From Raja brachyura (Eukaryota): a DNA stretch of 64,000 nt. The translations under genes were made by a program, and so were the position numbers. The notes beneath the pieces were generated by a model, which saw only the letters and a program-made list of their open reading frames with translations, was not told the origin of the DNA and made no database searches. Positions 1-12,455 of this stretch are shown in pieces (within the stretch, counting starts at the first letter, position 1; each line of letters starts with the position of its first letter). Location: contig OY740814.1 of the NCBI GenBank assembly GCA_963514005.1, positions 11,160,001 to 11,224,000 of the forward strand, in the 5' to 3' direction.

Positions 1-1530
1 ATCTCATCCTCCTGCGCTCCATGGAATAGAGACCCAGCCTACTCAACCTCTCCCTGTTCTTCACACCCTATAGTCCTGGCAACACCCTCGTAAGTCTTTT
101 CCGAACTCTTTTAAGCTTGTCAATATCTTTCCTATAACATGGTGCCCAGAACTGAACACAATATCCTAAATGCGCTCACCAACGTCTTATACAACTGCAA
201 AATGACCGCCCAACTTCTATACTCTACTCTGACTGATGAAGGCCAAAATGCCAAAAGCCTTTTTGACCACCTTATCTACCTGCGACTCGACCTTCAAGGA
301 ATCGTGCACCTGTACTCCTAGATCCCTCTACTCTACAACTCTACCCAGAGGCCTACCATTTACTGTGTAGGTCCTACCCTTGTTTGACATCCCAAAATGC
401 GACACCTCACACTTCTCTGTATTAAATTCCATCAACCATTCCTCCGCCCACCTGGCCAATCGATCCAGATCCTGCTGCAATCTTTCACAACCATCTTCAC
501 TATCTGCAAAACCACTCACTTTTGTATCATCAGCAAACTTGCAAATCTTGCCCTGTATGTTCTCATCCAAATAATTGATGTAGATGACAAGCAGTAACGG
601 GCCCAGCACCGAACCCTGAGGCACACCACTAGTCACAGGCCTCCAGTCCAAGAAGCAACCTTCCACCATTGCCCTCTGCTTCCTATCATGGAGCCAATTT
701 GCTATCCATTCAGCTGTCTCTCCATGTGATCTAACCTTCCAGAGCAGCCTACCATGCAGAACCTTGTTGAACGCCTTACTGAAGTCCATGTGCACAACAT
801 CTACAGCTCTGCCCTCATCGACCTTTTTGGTCACGTCTTCAAAAAAAGCAATCAGATTTATGAGACAGACCTCCCACGTACAAAACCATGCTGAATGTCC
901 TTAATCAGCCGTTGCCCATCCGAATGCCTGTATATGCTATCCCTCAGAATACTCTCCAGTAACTTAACAACTACAGATGTTAAGTTCACTGGCCTTTTCC
1001 CTGCAATCCTTCTTGAAAAGAGGCACAACATTTGCCACCCTCCAGTCTTCCAGCACCTCCTGTATTTAAGGATGACTCGTAAATTTCAACCAAGGCTCCC
1101 GCAATTTCCTCTCTAGCTTCCTGCAATTTCCTCGGATATATCTGATCAGGCCCTGGAGATTTGTTAGCTTCAAATACAACAGTACCCTCAGTACTTCTTT
1201 GACGGTAACCGTGACTGCTCTCAAGACACTTCCAGTGACTGCTCCAATTTCCCCCGTCCTACTGTCTTTCTCCTCGGCAAATGCAGAGAAGAAATACTCA
1301 TTGAGGATCTTGCCCATCTCCCGTGGCTCCACACAGAGGTGACAGCTTTGATTCCTGAGATGTCCCACTAGTTATCCCTTCCGCCCTTATGTAGTTATTA
1401 AATCTTTTTGGATTGGCCTTAATGCTACCCGCCAGAGCTATCACCTGGCCTCTTTTTGCCCTTCTGATCTTTTTTAGTTTACTACTTAGTTCCCGAAACT
1501 CCTTCAGGGTTGTACTTGATCCCAGCTATG
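1..1530 (-). mobile_element. CR1-clade LINE (HER1-like) ORF2 fragment, frameshifted
   Basis: ORF 328-834 encodes RT motifs DFSKAF, GVPQGSVLGPLL, KFADDTK, LQQDLDRL; upstream ORF2 remnants in 1066-1368. Confidence 0.92.
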
Positions 1531-1714
1531 GATGGGCTGTAAATACATTCTGGCATAGGCAGGCACAGTACATCTTCATTCACTCTGAATTCGGGCATGT
1601 TGGTAGAATGTGTTGTGTCAGAACAGTGATTTTTTTTTCACAGTACATTTCTAACTTAAGCTTTTTGGGTTAAAGTGCAAATGTAGAAATCTATTGAATT
1701 TGTGGAATTCATGT

Positions 1715-2022
1715 GGCGGCACGGTGGCGTAGCGGTGGACCTTACAGTGCCAGGGATCGGGGGGTCGATCCTGACTACGGCTGCTTGTCTGTATGGAGTT
1801 TGTACGTTCTCCTCGGGACCTGCGTGGGTTTTCTCCAAGATCTTCAGTTTCCTCCCACATTCCAAAGACGTACAGGTTTGTAGGTTAATTGGCTTGGTAT
1901 AAATGTAAACAATTGTCCCGAGTGTGTGTATGGTAGTATTAATATGCTGGGATCGCTGATCCGTGCAGATTCGGTGAGTCAAAGGGCCTGTTTCTGTGCT
2001 GTATCTCTAAACCAACCTAAAC
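1715..2022 (+). mobile_element. tRNA-derived V-SINE (HE1-like)
   Basis: A-box-like GGCACGGTGGCGTAGCGG, B-box-like GGTCGATCC, V-domain GGAGTTTGTACGTTCTCC...GCGTGGGTTTTCTCC, CR1-like 3' end and CTAAA tail. Confidence 0.85.
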
Positions 2023-2165
2023 TTGCAAAATAGGATTTTCAGATGTGTTCATGCCTTCGTATTCACATAAATGGTGTGCACGTCACTGCTGCAATTGCTT
2101 ACTCAGCATGTGTAATGCACCAAGTGGGAGAGCCGGTGAAACTCCATTCTATTACGGGTGCTTTT

Positions 2166-2550
2166 CTTTGAAGTGTCAGAGGCTGAGGGGTGAGCTGGTA
2201 GAAGTCTATAAAATTATGAGAGGCACATACAGCGTACACAGTCGGAGGTTTCTTTTCCCAGGGTGGAAATGTCGAATACTAGAGGACATAGATTTTCAAT
2301 GAGAGGGGGGAAGTTTAAGGGAGATTTACGAGACAAGTTTTTACACAGAGCATGGTAGGTGTCTGGAATGCAGAGCCAGGGGAGGTGGTGGAAGCAGACA
2401 CCATAGCAACATTTAAGTGTCATTTAGAACAGCGCATGAACAGGGAGAGAATAGAGGGTCATGGACCATGTGCAGGCAGATGGGATAAGTTTAAATTGGC
2501 AATCTGAATAGCACAGACATGGTGGGCTGAAGGGTCTGTTTCTGTTCTAT
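2166..2550 (+). mobile_element. CR1 LINE 3' fragment
   Basis: RLRGELVEVYKIM-type ORF2 C-terminus and 3' UTR ending GGGCTGAAGGGTCTGTTTCTG. Confidence 0.8.
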
Positions 2551-4152
2551 TTGATACAATACGATAGAACTGTATTTATCCCAGGAGGGAAATTGATCAA
2601 TGTTTTCTATGTTTATACCTTTGTTTTCTAAATTCTATGTTTTATATTCAATGTTCTGTCTATCTTTATGCTCTCAATACACCAGGTTCAGACTATATGG
2701 CAGGTAGGTGTGAATTTAGCTTCAGATGTAGAAGCAACCTGATCAATCAATTGATAGGATCATAATCAATTGACAATTTGAAATTCAGATTCTGAGTAAT
2801 GGGTTTTATACGTTGTAAATGAGCACAGCATTCTTGAGTCTAAACTTGTATAATGATGGAGGTAAGAATTTTACTGATTACTCTACAATCTCACCGTGCT
2901 GGCTGATATTAATGCAATTGTTTTATTAATTACAGATTGCTTTATTCTAGTAACTGCCTACTTCAGCTGATTTAAATGACAGAGATTGGGGATTGTAATG
3001 TATCCAAAACAAGTTGCAGAATGTAGAGGATGCAAGGGAAACAAATATCAGCTCCACTATTGCACTGTAAACTAGTTTTAAAACATATATCCAGCCCTCA
3101 GTGTCCATTCTTATGTAGAAACTTCCAGAAAGTCATTTTTCCATTTTATATTCGGCCATAATTCAGTTTAATTTTCGCCACGGTCAGTGGGATTTTTAGA
3201 TTCACAGCGGCTATAGAATTAAGCTGTAGCATGATATCAATTATGTGGCATGGTTCTGGCCCAAGAGCAAGGTCAAAGAGGAAGTTTCATAAAACTGTCG
3301 GTTTTATGTGGGAGGTCACATTATTAACATTAAAATAAATCAAGTAACAAATTCAATTAGAATCAAACCTTTTTATAGTAAAGAATTGGTGCTTATGGCA
3401 TTTTTTATGCAATGCAACTGGTGCTTGGAAACTCACAATGGTCTGAAAAACATTCCAGTGATAACTCAACGGACACATTAAATTCCAGCATGTGCCATTA
3501 CTATTGAGACAAGCGACTGCTCGCTTGAACTCTACCTTGGACTGTACACTAATTGCATGTGGAAAACTTGGAGGATATCCTTTTATTAGTGCAACTTTCC
3601 ACATGTTGGCTGTAATTCCACCTTTTGTATATATAGAAATGATGTTATTACAGTACATACAGAAAAGCAATTCACTATATTTGGAGAAACCTGCTTTGGA
3701 CATCTTTACAAGACAAAATCATAAAACTACAAATCAAGTGGTATTCCTTGTAAAACCTTCCCTTGCTATCGGACGACTGTTTTACAACAGATTGCCATGA
3801 TCGCAACGTTGTAACACTCCTCTCTTTATGTCATGTAATGTCGCCCTCCCCAGCTTTGATTATGTCTGAAGATTTCTATCTGCAAAAACAGTGGTGGGAG
3901 TTGAAGTAGGTTGGAAAGCATGAGTTAGAGCCACACAAGGCAACAGTGGAAAGAAGAAATAGGCTTTATATTGTAAAATGTAGCGATATTGGTGAAATAT
4001 GGTGATGCAGTGAGATAGCTCAATGCTGGTAGAGAATGATAACGAAAAAGATGCTACAACGTTACATACAGTAGTGTAGTGGTAATGTTACTGGACGAGT
4101 ATGACCGGGGACATGGTGAAATGACCACTGACTTGTATCAAGCTACTAAAGA

Positions 4153-4336
4153 TTAGATACAGAGTGTTGGAATAGCACAGCGGGTCAGACAGCATCTCAG
4201 GAGAACAGTAATAGGCAACTGAAGAAGGGTCCCAATGTGAAACATCATCTATCCATGTTCTCCTGAGATGATGCCTGACCCGCTGAGCTACTCCAGCATT
4301 CTGGGTCTTCTTTAGTAAACCAGCTTCTGCAGCTTC
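4153..4336. mobile_element. Penelope-like fold-back repeat
   Basis: Inverted halves CAGCGGGTCAGACAGCATCTCAGGAG / CTCCTGAGATGATGCCTGACCCGCTG around CTGAAGAAGGG. Confidence 0.6.
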
Positions 4337-5519
4337 AACTAGTCAGAATAAACTCAACTGGCAACCCTGCATTGGTTAGGGTCTGGATTTAACTGAGACA
4401 GAGAGATATTCTGTCCAACTGACCTGCAAAATCCCCCTCATGACTGTCAGTGATCTGTGTCATCATTCAACTGGGCAACAAGGCAAGTAACAACCTCACC
4501 AATACTTTTTGGCCAATGTCCCATCCCGTTTGTTGGCCTGATCCTGGCAGGACAGAGAAAGCAGCTGACAGCCCAGTTGGTTGCACTGGGGAGGCAGTGA
4601 CCTTGGAAGTCAGCAGTGTAGACAGTAGAATCCACGTGGACAAGGTAAAGGTGGTGTTTACTGCCTGCTGTGGGGATGTTTATGTTAAACTCTATCGTGT
4701 ATTGTGTTCTTTTTTATTCGTATGGCCGTATGGCAACTCAAATCTCACTGTACCAATTGGTGCATGAGACAATAAATGTAACTTGAACTTGAAGTTGAAC
4801 TGTCTTGCCTAGACTGATGAACAAGAGCTACTCCATGATTGAAGCAACCGTGCTTTGGAAGGAGCAGTTTGGAAGGAAGTTCTTTGAAAACAACAAGTGA
4901 AAAACCAAGTCCAACACCAACCAAGTTTGGCTTAGCATCATTGCCATCAACAAAAGGGCGCGATTACCAGACTGACTTGTTGGTGAGTGGTGAGCGGAAA
5001 ATGAGAAAACCATGTCTGCACCAACTTACCTGCCACACATGGGAAGAATTGATTGGGATGATCAACAAGCAGTCCTTTTGCAGATGAAAGTACCCCTTTA
5101 ACAAATACTCTCCACAGTGTTAAAGGGGATAGATTCAGAGCAGGTCACCAGCTGAATACTAGGTACCCATGAGTTAGTCTGGGCCATCGACAGAATCTGA
5201 TTTGCGCTCGAGCATGGACTGTCTTATCCCATATTCCATCCAGTCAGATTCCATGAGGAATGTAAATGAACAATCAAGCTGGTGAAGCTACAACATAGAA
5301 CTACATTGTGCACATGTGCACAACACCAAATGGATCTGGCTGTTTTTATGGGCCAAGCAATCTTCAAACCAAAGGATCACATCGAAGCCTGGTGATCCTG
5401 TCTCATTCACTGGTGAATAATGGAAAAACATTGAAAGCTAAAGAAAAACAGGCTGAACTTATTGCAATATCATCAGCTTGAAGTGCCCATTAAAGAATAT
5501 CTCTGAGCTGTTCTTGAGA

Positions 5520-6050
5520 TTCCCAGCATCACAAAAGTCAGTTTTCAGCCAATTTGATTCATCCCAACTGATGGGGTGGGAGATTGCAACGTGGTCCGCC
5601 CTGTTTCAACAAATGCAATCAGCCTGGCGTGCACAATCAAATAAGATCAAATAGAACAAGTTGTCCTACAACTTTAGGCTGTGCACGCCATACGCAAGAA
5701 GAAGAAGAACCCCACTGATGTCGGGAAATGACTGTACACATTGAGTATCTCAGTACCCACCTGACTGTGTCATGGAGACATGTGCTCTGGATTTCGTCTT
5801 GTTCCAACAGAGCTGCAACACTGCCATCTACCCGACAATGTGAAAAGTGTTCTCAGAATATCCCGTTAATAAAAGGAGATCAAACTTAGCCAGTGATTTA
5901 CCACCAGCATGTTCAAGATGATCATCAAGGTGATGCAGTGTCAGCAGTGTCATCGAGTTACTCTTACTTTCCAATAACCCGCTCACTGTTTACAGTCTAG
6001 ATTCTGCTGGGACCTCTTGTCTCTGATCTCACTGGAGCCTTGGTGCACAG
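5520..6050 (+). mobile_element. Old degenerate CR1/L2-group LINE RT fragment (host of the copy-1 insertion)
   Basis: Decayed ORF2-like sequence (ATCTACCCGACAATGTG..., CAATAACCCGCTCACTG); no intact ORF. Confidence 0.45.
5573..5709 (+). mobile_element. Same ~140-bp ribozyme-headed retroelement, copy 1 (ribozyme damaged)
   Basis: Starts GGGGTGGGAGATTGCAAC, ends (GAA)4; TSD CCCAACTGAT 5563-5572 / CCCCACTGAT 5710-5719; 6-nt deletion (CTTCAC) in P3/L3. Confidence 0.8.
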
Positions 6051-6695
6051 CAAAAATATCTTTTTGATTAAATTTCTATTGTCTAAAATAATTTATGAAT
6101 TTCCAGAAACCCTGAATTCCTTTTTTTGGCAAATATTTGAATTGTAACTTCTTTAATACTTCCCGCTGCTAAATGATTTGATAGTTTTTGCTAAAGATTT
6201 CATCTTTGCACAGTCACTCCCATTTATGTGCACTTGCATTGCTTTTTTCAGTAAAGGAGCCGTGTCCGCAGTTATTATTTTTTTGTTTCTGTACTTGCAC
6301 TAAACCTAATTCTGTTGTGGTGTCTACTTATCTGTTTCCTACTTTACAGAGGCCCCTTTGTTCTTGTATCCCAAGACAAGCCAAAAACTCCTTGATGAAG
6401 CAGCAAGGATTGATGGATGGTTATTTTATACTGCATCACATGCTTTTTTTTATTGCAGTCTATTTTTAACCTGAAACCACCCACAATTATAACTCTGCAA
6501 TAAATATACACCTCACTAATCTGCCTACAAACTCATCCGATTTGCTTTCCCCCATGCCCTATCAACAAAATCTGGATGACGTAAGGCATCTGATGATACA
6601 GATCATGTAGCAATCATTATCCATTAGAAAATAAGAGCCCCAGATTCCAAACGTTGCCGATGTCCAAGAAAAAAACCCAAAGCATTATTAGTTGA

Positions 6696-6860
6696 ATGTG
6701 GAAACAAGGAACTGCAGATGCTGGTTTACACAAAAAAAAGGACAGAAAGTTCTGTGGTAGCTCAGAGGGACAGTCAGCATCTCAGGAAAACACGGGAGTC
6801 CTGAGATTCTGCCTGGCCTGCCGAGCCACTCCAGCACTTTGTAGAAACAAGGAACTACGT
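6696..6860. mobile_element. Penelope-like fold-back repeat
   Basis: AAGGAACTGCAGATGCTGGTTTAC terminus plus partial inverted half. Confidence 0.55.
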
Positions 6861-7389
6861 GTCATTTTTCCAGCAGTTTGTGTCTTTTATTATTCGTTGA
6901 ATGTTGAAAAAAAGCTGAAAATCTAATTTCACAGGTATAATTAATACTGGGTAGTTCTCAAAAATAATTTGATCAGCTAGAGATATTTAGTCTTCTGTAT
7001 GTATCTATTCCACCATATACATTGCCTCCCCCCAATATAGACTGCTTGACCCAATGAGGTAACCAGATGAGCTTCTGGTTACATCCAATGCCTTGATTTC
7101 ACCGATGATTATCGTGGACTCCAGGAAAACACTTTGCACAGCTGATCCTAAATGCCATTTATTTTATCGCTGTTTGCATCTCACTTTTAAGTCAGCAGAA
7201 ATAATACGTCATTCCAAAGTATTTCTCGCAACTGTAGTAGAAAGGTACGATGAGGAACTAAGACCTTGTTATAAAATCAGATTTAAAGGAAATTTTATAA
7301 GAAGAAAATAAATCATCAAACAAAAAATATAATTGAAAAGTGTTTGCAACTATGGGGACTGTGGGTCTTGTGGCAAGGACCATAAAGAG

Positions 7390-7612
7390 GGAATAATAAG
7401 GGACTACATTTAGGTGAGAATGTACGATGTATGATTAGTACGTTTGCGGATGACACTGAAGTATCGTAGGAAGCGAAGATGGTTATCATTATCAGAAATT
7501 GCAGCAAGATCGTGATCAGCTGGGCAAGTGGGCTGAGCAATGGTTAATGGATTTTAATGCAGATAAGTGCGAGTTGTTGCATTCTGGGCAGTCAAACTAT
7601 GGCAGGACCTTC
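7390..7612 (+). mobile_element. CR1 LINE RT fragment
   Basis: FADDT motif (TTTGCGGATGACACT) followed by LQQDRDQLGKWAEQWLMDFNADKCE. Confidence 0.8.
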
Positions 7613-8401
7613 ATAGACTTGGAGATGTTGGTTTATACATCTCAAGTTCTAGACCTGGAAGAAGAGCTGCACAGTATTCCCACTCCTGGCAGGAAACAGG
7701 GAAGCTGTTATAGGAATGGTCTAAGAGGTCTCCAGCAGATGAAGGTCACCATCAGCTAAGTGTGGGTTTGGTGAGAGGTGATGTATGCAAATGAATGTCA
7801 GGCTGCTCTGTGGAAGACCCGGGCCATTGATATTAAGAGCAAAGATAAAGAGGCAGACCAGTTGAAGTGGCTGAATCAGGTTGGAACCGTCCACTGACTC
7901 TTCAGTGTACTTGTTTCCCATTGAACCCAAGCCTCTATGTTAAGCTCATCTCCCGTAAATGTTCCCAGTCCACGGTGGGAGGGGACGGGAAAGCCCAGGC
8001 TCCTGACCCACGGCATCTTCCACTCACCACAAACATAGGTCCATATGCACTTGCAGCCAACCTGCCAAACACGAATTTTCCAACCACACCTCCCTGCCTG
8101 CTGTAAGTATGTACCATTTTGAGGAAATAATTTGATGTCCTCCAGGGATCAAGGATTGCCTTGACAATATAAATGAGGTTTTATTTTCTAAACGAGAGCG
8201 ATTGATGTTACAGACTTAATTCCAGTTATGGGGGCATCGTGATTTCAACACATGTTGCTTTATTTCCTCCGATACCTGTTCAGTTGTTGTTTACAAATGC
8301 ACAATCGCCAGCTATTCCTCGTTCATCCTTCCTCGTGTGTCGAAATTGGACTGCCCTCTCTCTAAAGTCGGATCTCCAACACACAGATAGCTAGGATTAC
8401 A

Positions 8402-8625
8402 GATAGACACAAAATGCTGGGGTAGCTCAGCGGGACAGGCAGCATCTCCGGAGAGAAGGAATGGGTGACATTTCGAGCCGAGACCCTTCTTCAGACTGAT
8501 GCCAGAGATGCTGCCTGTCCCGCTGAGTTACTCCAGCATTTTGTGTACATAGAAACATAGAAAATCGGTGCAGGAGGAGGCCATGTGGCCCTTTGAGCAA
8601 ACATCTGCAGTTCTTTCCCACACAC
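8402..8625. mobile_element. Penelope-like fold-back repeat interrupted by a short CR1 3' tail
   Basis: GACACAAAATGCTGG...CCAGCATTTTGTGT arms; CATAGAAACATAGAAA CR1 tail near 8548. Confidence 0.65.
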
Positions 8626-8796
8626 GATAGCTAAAATTATCCAGTCACAAATTTGAGTTGTCGACCATCCGCGGCGCTGATCTTCACACCGAGAACGACG
8701 CTCTGGCATCTGAAGTGCGAAAGAGATGGAGCTGGCCCCGAGTTATTCTCTCAGCGTGTGTCCACATAACTGTTGTCACGCCGTTGTGGACACGGA

Positions 8797-8970
8797 GGGC
8801 AGTCACGGTGGCGTAGCGGTAGAGTTGATCCAGACTACGCGCGCTGTCTGTACGTAGTTTGTACTTTCTCCCCGTGACCTGCGTCGGTTTTCTCCGACAT
8901 TCCAAAGACGCAGTTTATAGATTAATTGGCTTGATAAATGTAAAAAAAAATCCAGTATAAAATTGTCCAA
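8797..8970 (+). mobile_element. V-SINE (partial)
   Basis: CACGGTGGCGTAGCGGTAGAG head and V-domain. Confidence 0.75.
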
Positions 8971-9237
8971 CTTCCAGTATAGTCCCTGGTGGACTCTTCG
9001 GAAGGTACAAGGTTCCAGACCCTCTCTGTGGAAGGTCCTGCCGCAATACACAATGGGACTGACTATTCGAACTGAGTCAGTGGTGCAGTCATCCTTGCTC
9101 GGAATAAAGTTACAGTAATGCAGAAGTGACGGTACACTCGCCAACTGATACATGCGTATAAAGTAAATCTTCAAATAGAAATATTGTGAAAAAATATTAT
9201 GATAGTCAGCGGACAAACGGTTGACAGGTCTCAATTT

Positions 9238-9425
9238 GAAGATAGACACAAAAGCTGGAGTATCTCAGCGGGTCAGACAGCATCTCTGCCGAAAGGTCTG
9301 ATGAAGGATCTCAACCCGAATCGTCACCTATTCCTTCTCTCCAGAGATGCTGCCTGACCCGCTGAGTTACTCCAGCTTTTTGTGTCCATCTTCAGTGTAA
9401 ACCAGCATCTGCAGTTTCTTCCTAC
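9238..9425. mobile_element. Penelope-like fold-back repeat
   Basis: Inverted arms; CTGATGA...GAATCGTC core at 9298. Confidence 0.65.
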
Positions 9426-9719
9426 TCAATTTCAAGACTTAAGTCAAGAGTGTTTTATTGTTGTATATACCACAAAGAAACAATTAAAGTATTACTTGCA
9501 GCAGCAAAACAGGTTTGTAAACACAATACCCAATATATAATATAATAAAACCAACGGGAAAATAAGGTTCAATATATTTTAAAAAACAATATTGTGTAAA
9601 AAAAAAAGCAAATCCCAAACTTCCTGGTGCATTCAATGTAGATCTGAGTTTCGTTGGAGTTGCGAGCGCTCAATAATATCACTTGTCACACTCCAAAGCC
9701 GTTTTGTTGAGTCTCATTG

Positions 9720-9987
9720 TAACGCGTTCTCACCTCGGCCACAGGTAACAACGGCCTGTTCCCTTTATCGTCGTTACTTTTTTGCATATCTTTCACTCAT
9801 TTGTTCGATATCTCTCTGCATCGCCGTCTCGCTGTCTCTTTCTCCTGACTCTCAGTCTGAAGAAGGGTCTTGACCCGAAATGTCACCTGTCCCTTTTCTC
9901 TTTAGATGCTGTCTGACTCGCTGAGTTACTCCAGCTTTTTCGTGTCTATCTTCGGTTTAAACCGGCATCTACAGTTCCTTCCTACAC
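9720..9987 (+). mobile_element. Penelope-like terminal repeat (longer sense copy)
   Basis: Pyrimidine-rich leader, CTGAAGAAGGGTCTTGACCCGAAATGTC and the common terminus CAGTTCCTTCCTACAC. Confidence 0.6.
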
Positions 9988-10124
9988 GTGAACAATAGCC
10001 CCCCCCCCCCCCCCCCCCTGTTACACGGAGGTCGGGGTTAGCAACTATTGTACACGCTCCCGCCTGATTTCGCGTTGCATTGGAGCGGGACAGTTGGACT
10101 AAGTGTTGAACATGGAGCCAGGAG

Positions 10125-10143
10125 CCGCCAGCAGAGGGAGCAC
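10125..10143 (+). promoter_or_regulatory. Candidate CTCF site
   Basis: CCGCCAGCAGAGGGAGCAC resembles the CTCF core CCASYAGRKGGCRS; lies at the upstream edge of the CpG-rich domain. Confidence 0.5.
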
Positions 10144-12310
10144 AGCCTCGGGTCCCAACGCTTGGCTTTGTTAACGGCGTGTGAGTTCTTGTTTGTCTGT
10201 GTTTAAAGTAATGACTCGAGGGCTAGATGTTTTGATTACATTAATCACTGTCAGTCTCTTCGGGAATTAAGGACTTTGATGTAAACCTCTGGTGTAGGAA
10301 AACAGGTTTTTAAAAAAAATGAAAGAGTACCCATTCCGACATAGAGAGATAACACGAGTTGATTTAGGTTAATTTCTTGAATAGTGTCCAATGGGGGGGT
10401 CGAGGCTGTCATTTCAATTGTAAAATGATCTATTGATCCACCGCAAAGTTTAAAGATGTGTCATTTCCTCGAAGCCCGAATGTTAACGTCTTGAGACTGT
10501 GGTCATCAGTGAAACGCATTAGACTGGGACTTACTCCGTTTCTTGTTGAAAAGGGCATGCACGTCCGTGCCTTCCTGGATCACTGCAATAGATTTATAGT
10601 GATAGCCCCGTCACTGTGAATCGGAACTATTACACGTATCAGAATCATGATTATCACGTCTTAATTGGGTTTCTCAGAAGGATATATCTCTCCACACCAC
10701 CGTCTATACCTCTCCTTTCCCTCTCCCCTCACACAGTCTGGAGAAGCGTCACCCATCCCTTCTCTCCAGAGATGCAGCCAGCCCCGCTGAGTGTTTTTTG
10801 CGGAACGATGAAGTTCCGCAAAGGTTCCACTTGTCGCTTAAAATAAATGGCCCGCACGTCCATCGGGTTCGTTTCTTACCTTGAGTTGATTACCCCCCAA
10901 GTAGCAAAGTGACGAAAGGGGGTCTTGCCCTTATTGTGTGTTCGTCCGAGCCACTCTAAGATTAAACGCCGACCCGAGTCACTAGACCAGGCACACTTTA
11001 ATCGTGCCCAAAATCGCCCCTTCACATACCCAAGGGCAGCGTAATGCAATTACCTGGCGGGAAGTCAGATAACGGTGGGGATAGTGCTTGGTATTAGTTC
11101 ATGCCCGGCGTCGAGCCCCAGTGTACTGTACATGGGAATGTGTGCATGAACTGAACACGAGAGCATAAACTGATTGCAGGCAGCGGGCAAGAGGTGGACT
11201 TGAAGTGTTAGACTGGAGAGTCCAAAACATGCGCCGCACTTTCTTGTTGCCTCCGTGAAAAGCGCGTTTATTTTGGACCAGTCCGCCCGCTTCGTTTCGC
11301 AAAAGCTGTTTTGTATACTTAAAGCTCGTGATTTTTATTGGCAAGGAGAAATCCCAGCTGTGTCAAAGTGGCGGATATGTCTCGGGGCTGTGGGAAAAGT
11401 GTGCGTTCGGTCCGCAGCCCCGGAATCGCAGTCGGTTCCCTTGTCTGGGAGAGGTTTCAGTTTAGATGATGTGACAGTTTCACTGCGAGAAGAGGGATCC
11501 GCTGCAAACATATTCACCCAACTAATGGGTCCCACCAAATGCCCTCTCGTCTCGCTGAACGGAATATAACGCTGGCGTGTGTCGTTCTATCAAACCCTCT
11601 TGTCTAAACAGGGCAGATTTCCAACAATAATATATTAACCATGGGGGAAAAAAGCATAACACAGAGGAGGGTATTTCTTATCGATCTGTCTGCAACATTA
11701 TGTCCAGAATCGAATTGTAAATAGCGAAGTGGAATTAACAGCAAAACCCACTGTCTTTCCCTGTAGAAAGTAAACGTTGACTAGAACAGAGAGAGATTGT
11801 CAGAGTTACTTGGAATCTGGTTCTGTATTAAAAGACCAAAATAACAGTGAGAAGCAGCCGGCTTTAGAGAATCGCTGCATCGCTCTAAACATTGAAACCA
11901 GGATATGTGTGTGTGGCAATAACTTCAATATCTGCCACTTGACTTCGGTTTCTAGATGGTGGCACTCGCCGGTGTGTTTGGAGTGTGAGTAAGGGGTTAT
12001 TGCCTGAGTGGTTACATTGTATTTTAGAATGAAGTCAGCGATTTGTCCCCCAACTCTATACCCAGCCCCCGTGCAGGTAAGAACGCGTTTCAGGGCGGCT
12101 CCAGGTGAGATGAACTGTGCGCTCTCATGGCCTCGCTAATTGCGCCCGGGCAGTGACACAAGACGCAGGGATAAAGTGCTCCTCGTGACGAGGTCCTTCG
12201 AGGTGTCGCTAATGGTCCAGGCGAGAGTTAGCCCCGCGTTCAAATGGCAAGAGCCCGACTGTTGAATCTTATTTTTTGAGCATATCATTCATCGGCCCAG
12301 CCCCCTTTCC

Positions 12311-12361
12311 CAGCTGATGCCCAATAAGAAAGGGAGACACAGACTGACACCTGCTTATAAA
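12311..12361 (+). promoter_or_regulatory. aldh1a2 core promoter: E-box, CCAAT box, TATA box
   Basis: CAGCTG 12311-12316, CCAAT 12321-12325, TGACA 12345-12349 and TATAAA 12356-12361, about 95 nt upstream of the ATG inside a CpG-rich region. Confidence 0.75.
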
Positions 12362-12455
12362 CAAAGCCCAGGCGCCCGGGACCAGCCACAATCTCCGATC
12401 AGCAAAAGTAGAAAAACCAGCGGGCATCGTGTGTGAGCTGGGACTGACGGGCGAC

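Noticed and set aside
328-834. Reverse transcriptase ORF as an active element or prokaryotic RT system
   Set aside because: Frameshifted CR1 LINE fragment in a vertebrate genome
1715-1775. tRNA-like A/B boxes
   Set aside because: Heads of V-SINEs with no cloverleaf; not tRNA genes
12071-12083. Strong donor CAG|GTAAGA upstream of the TATA box (also GTGAGT at 10181) as upstream exons
   Set aside because: No supporting acceptor or transcript evidence in the sequence; such motifs occur by chance
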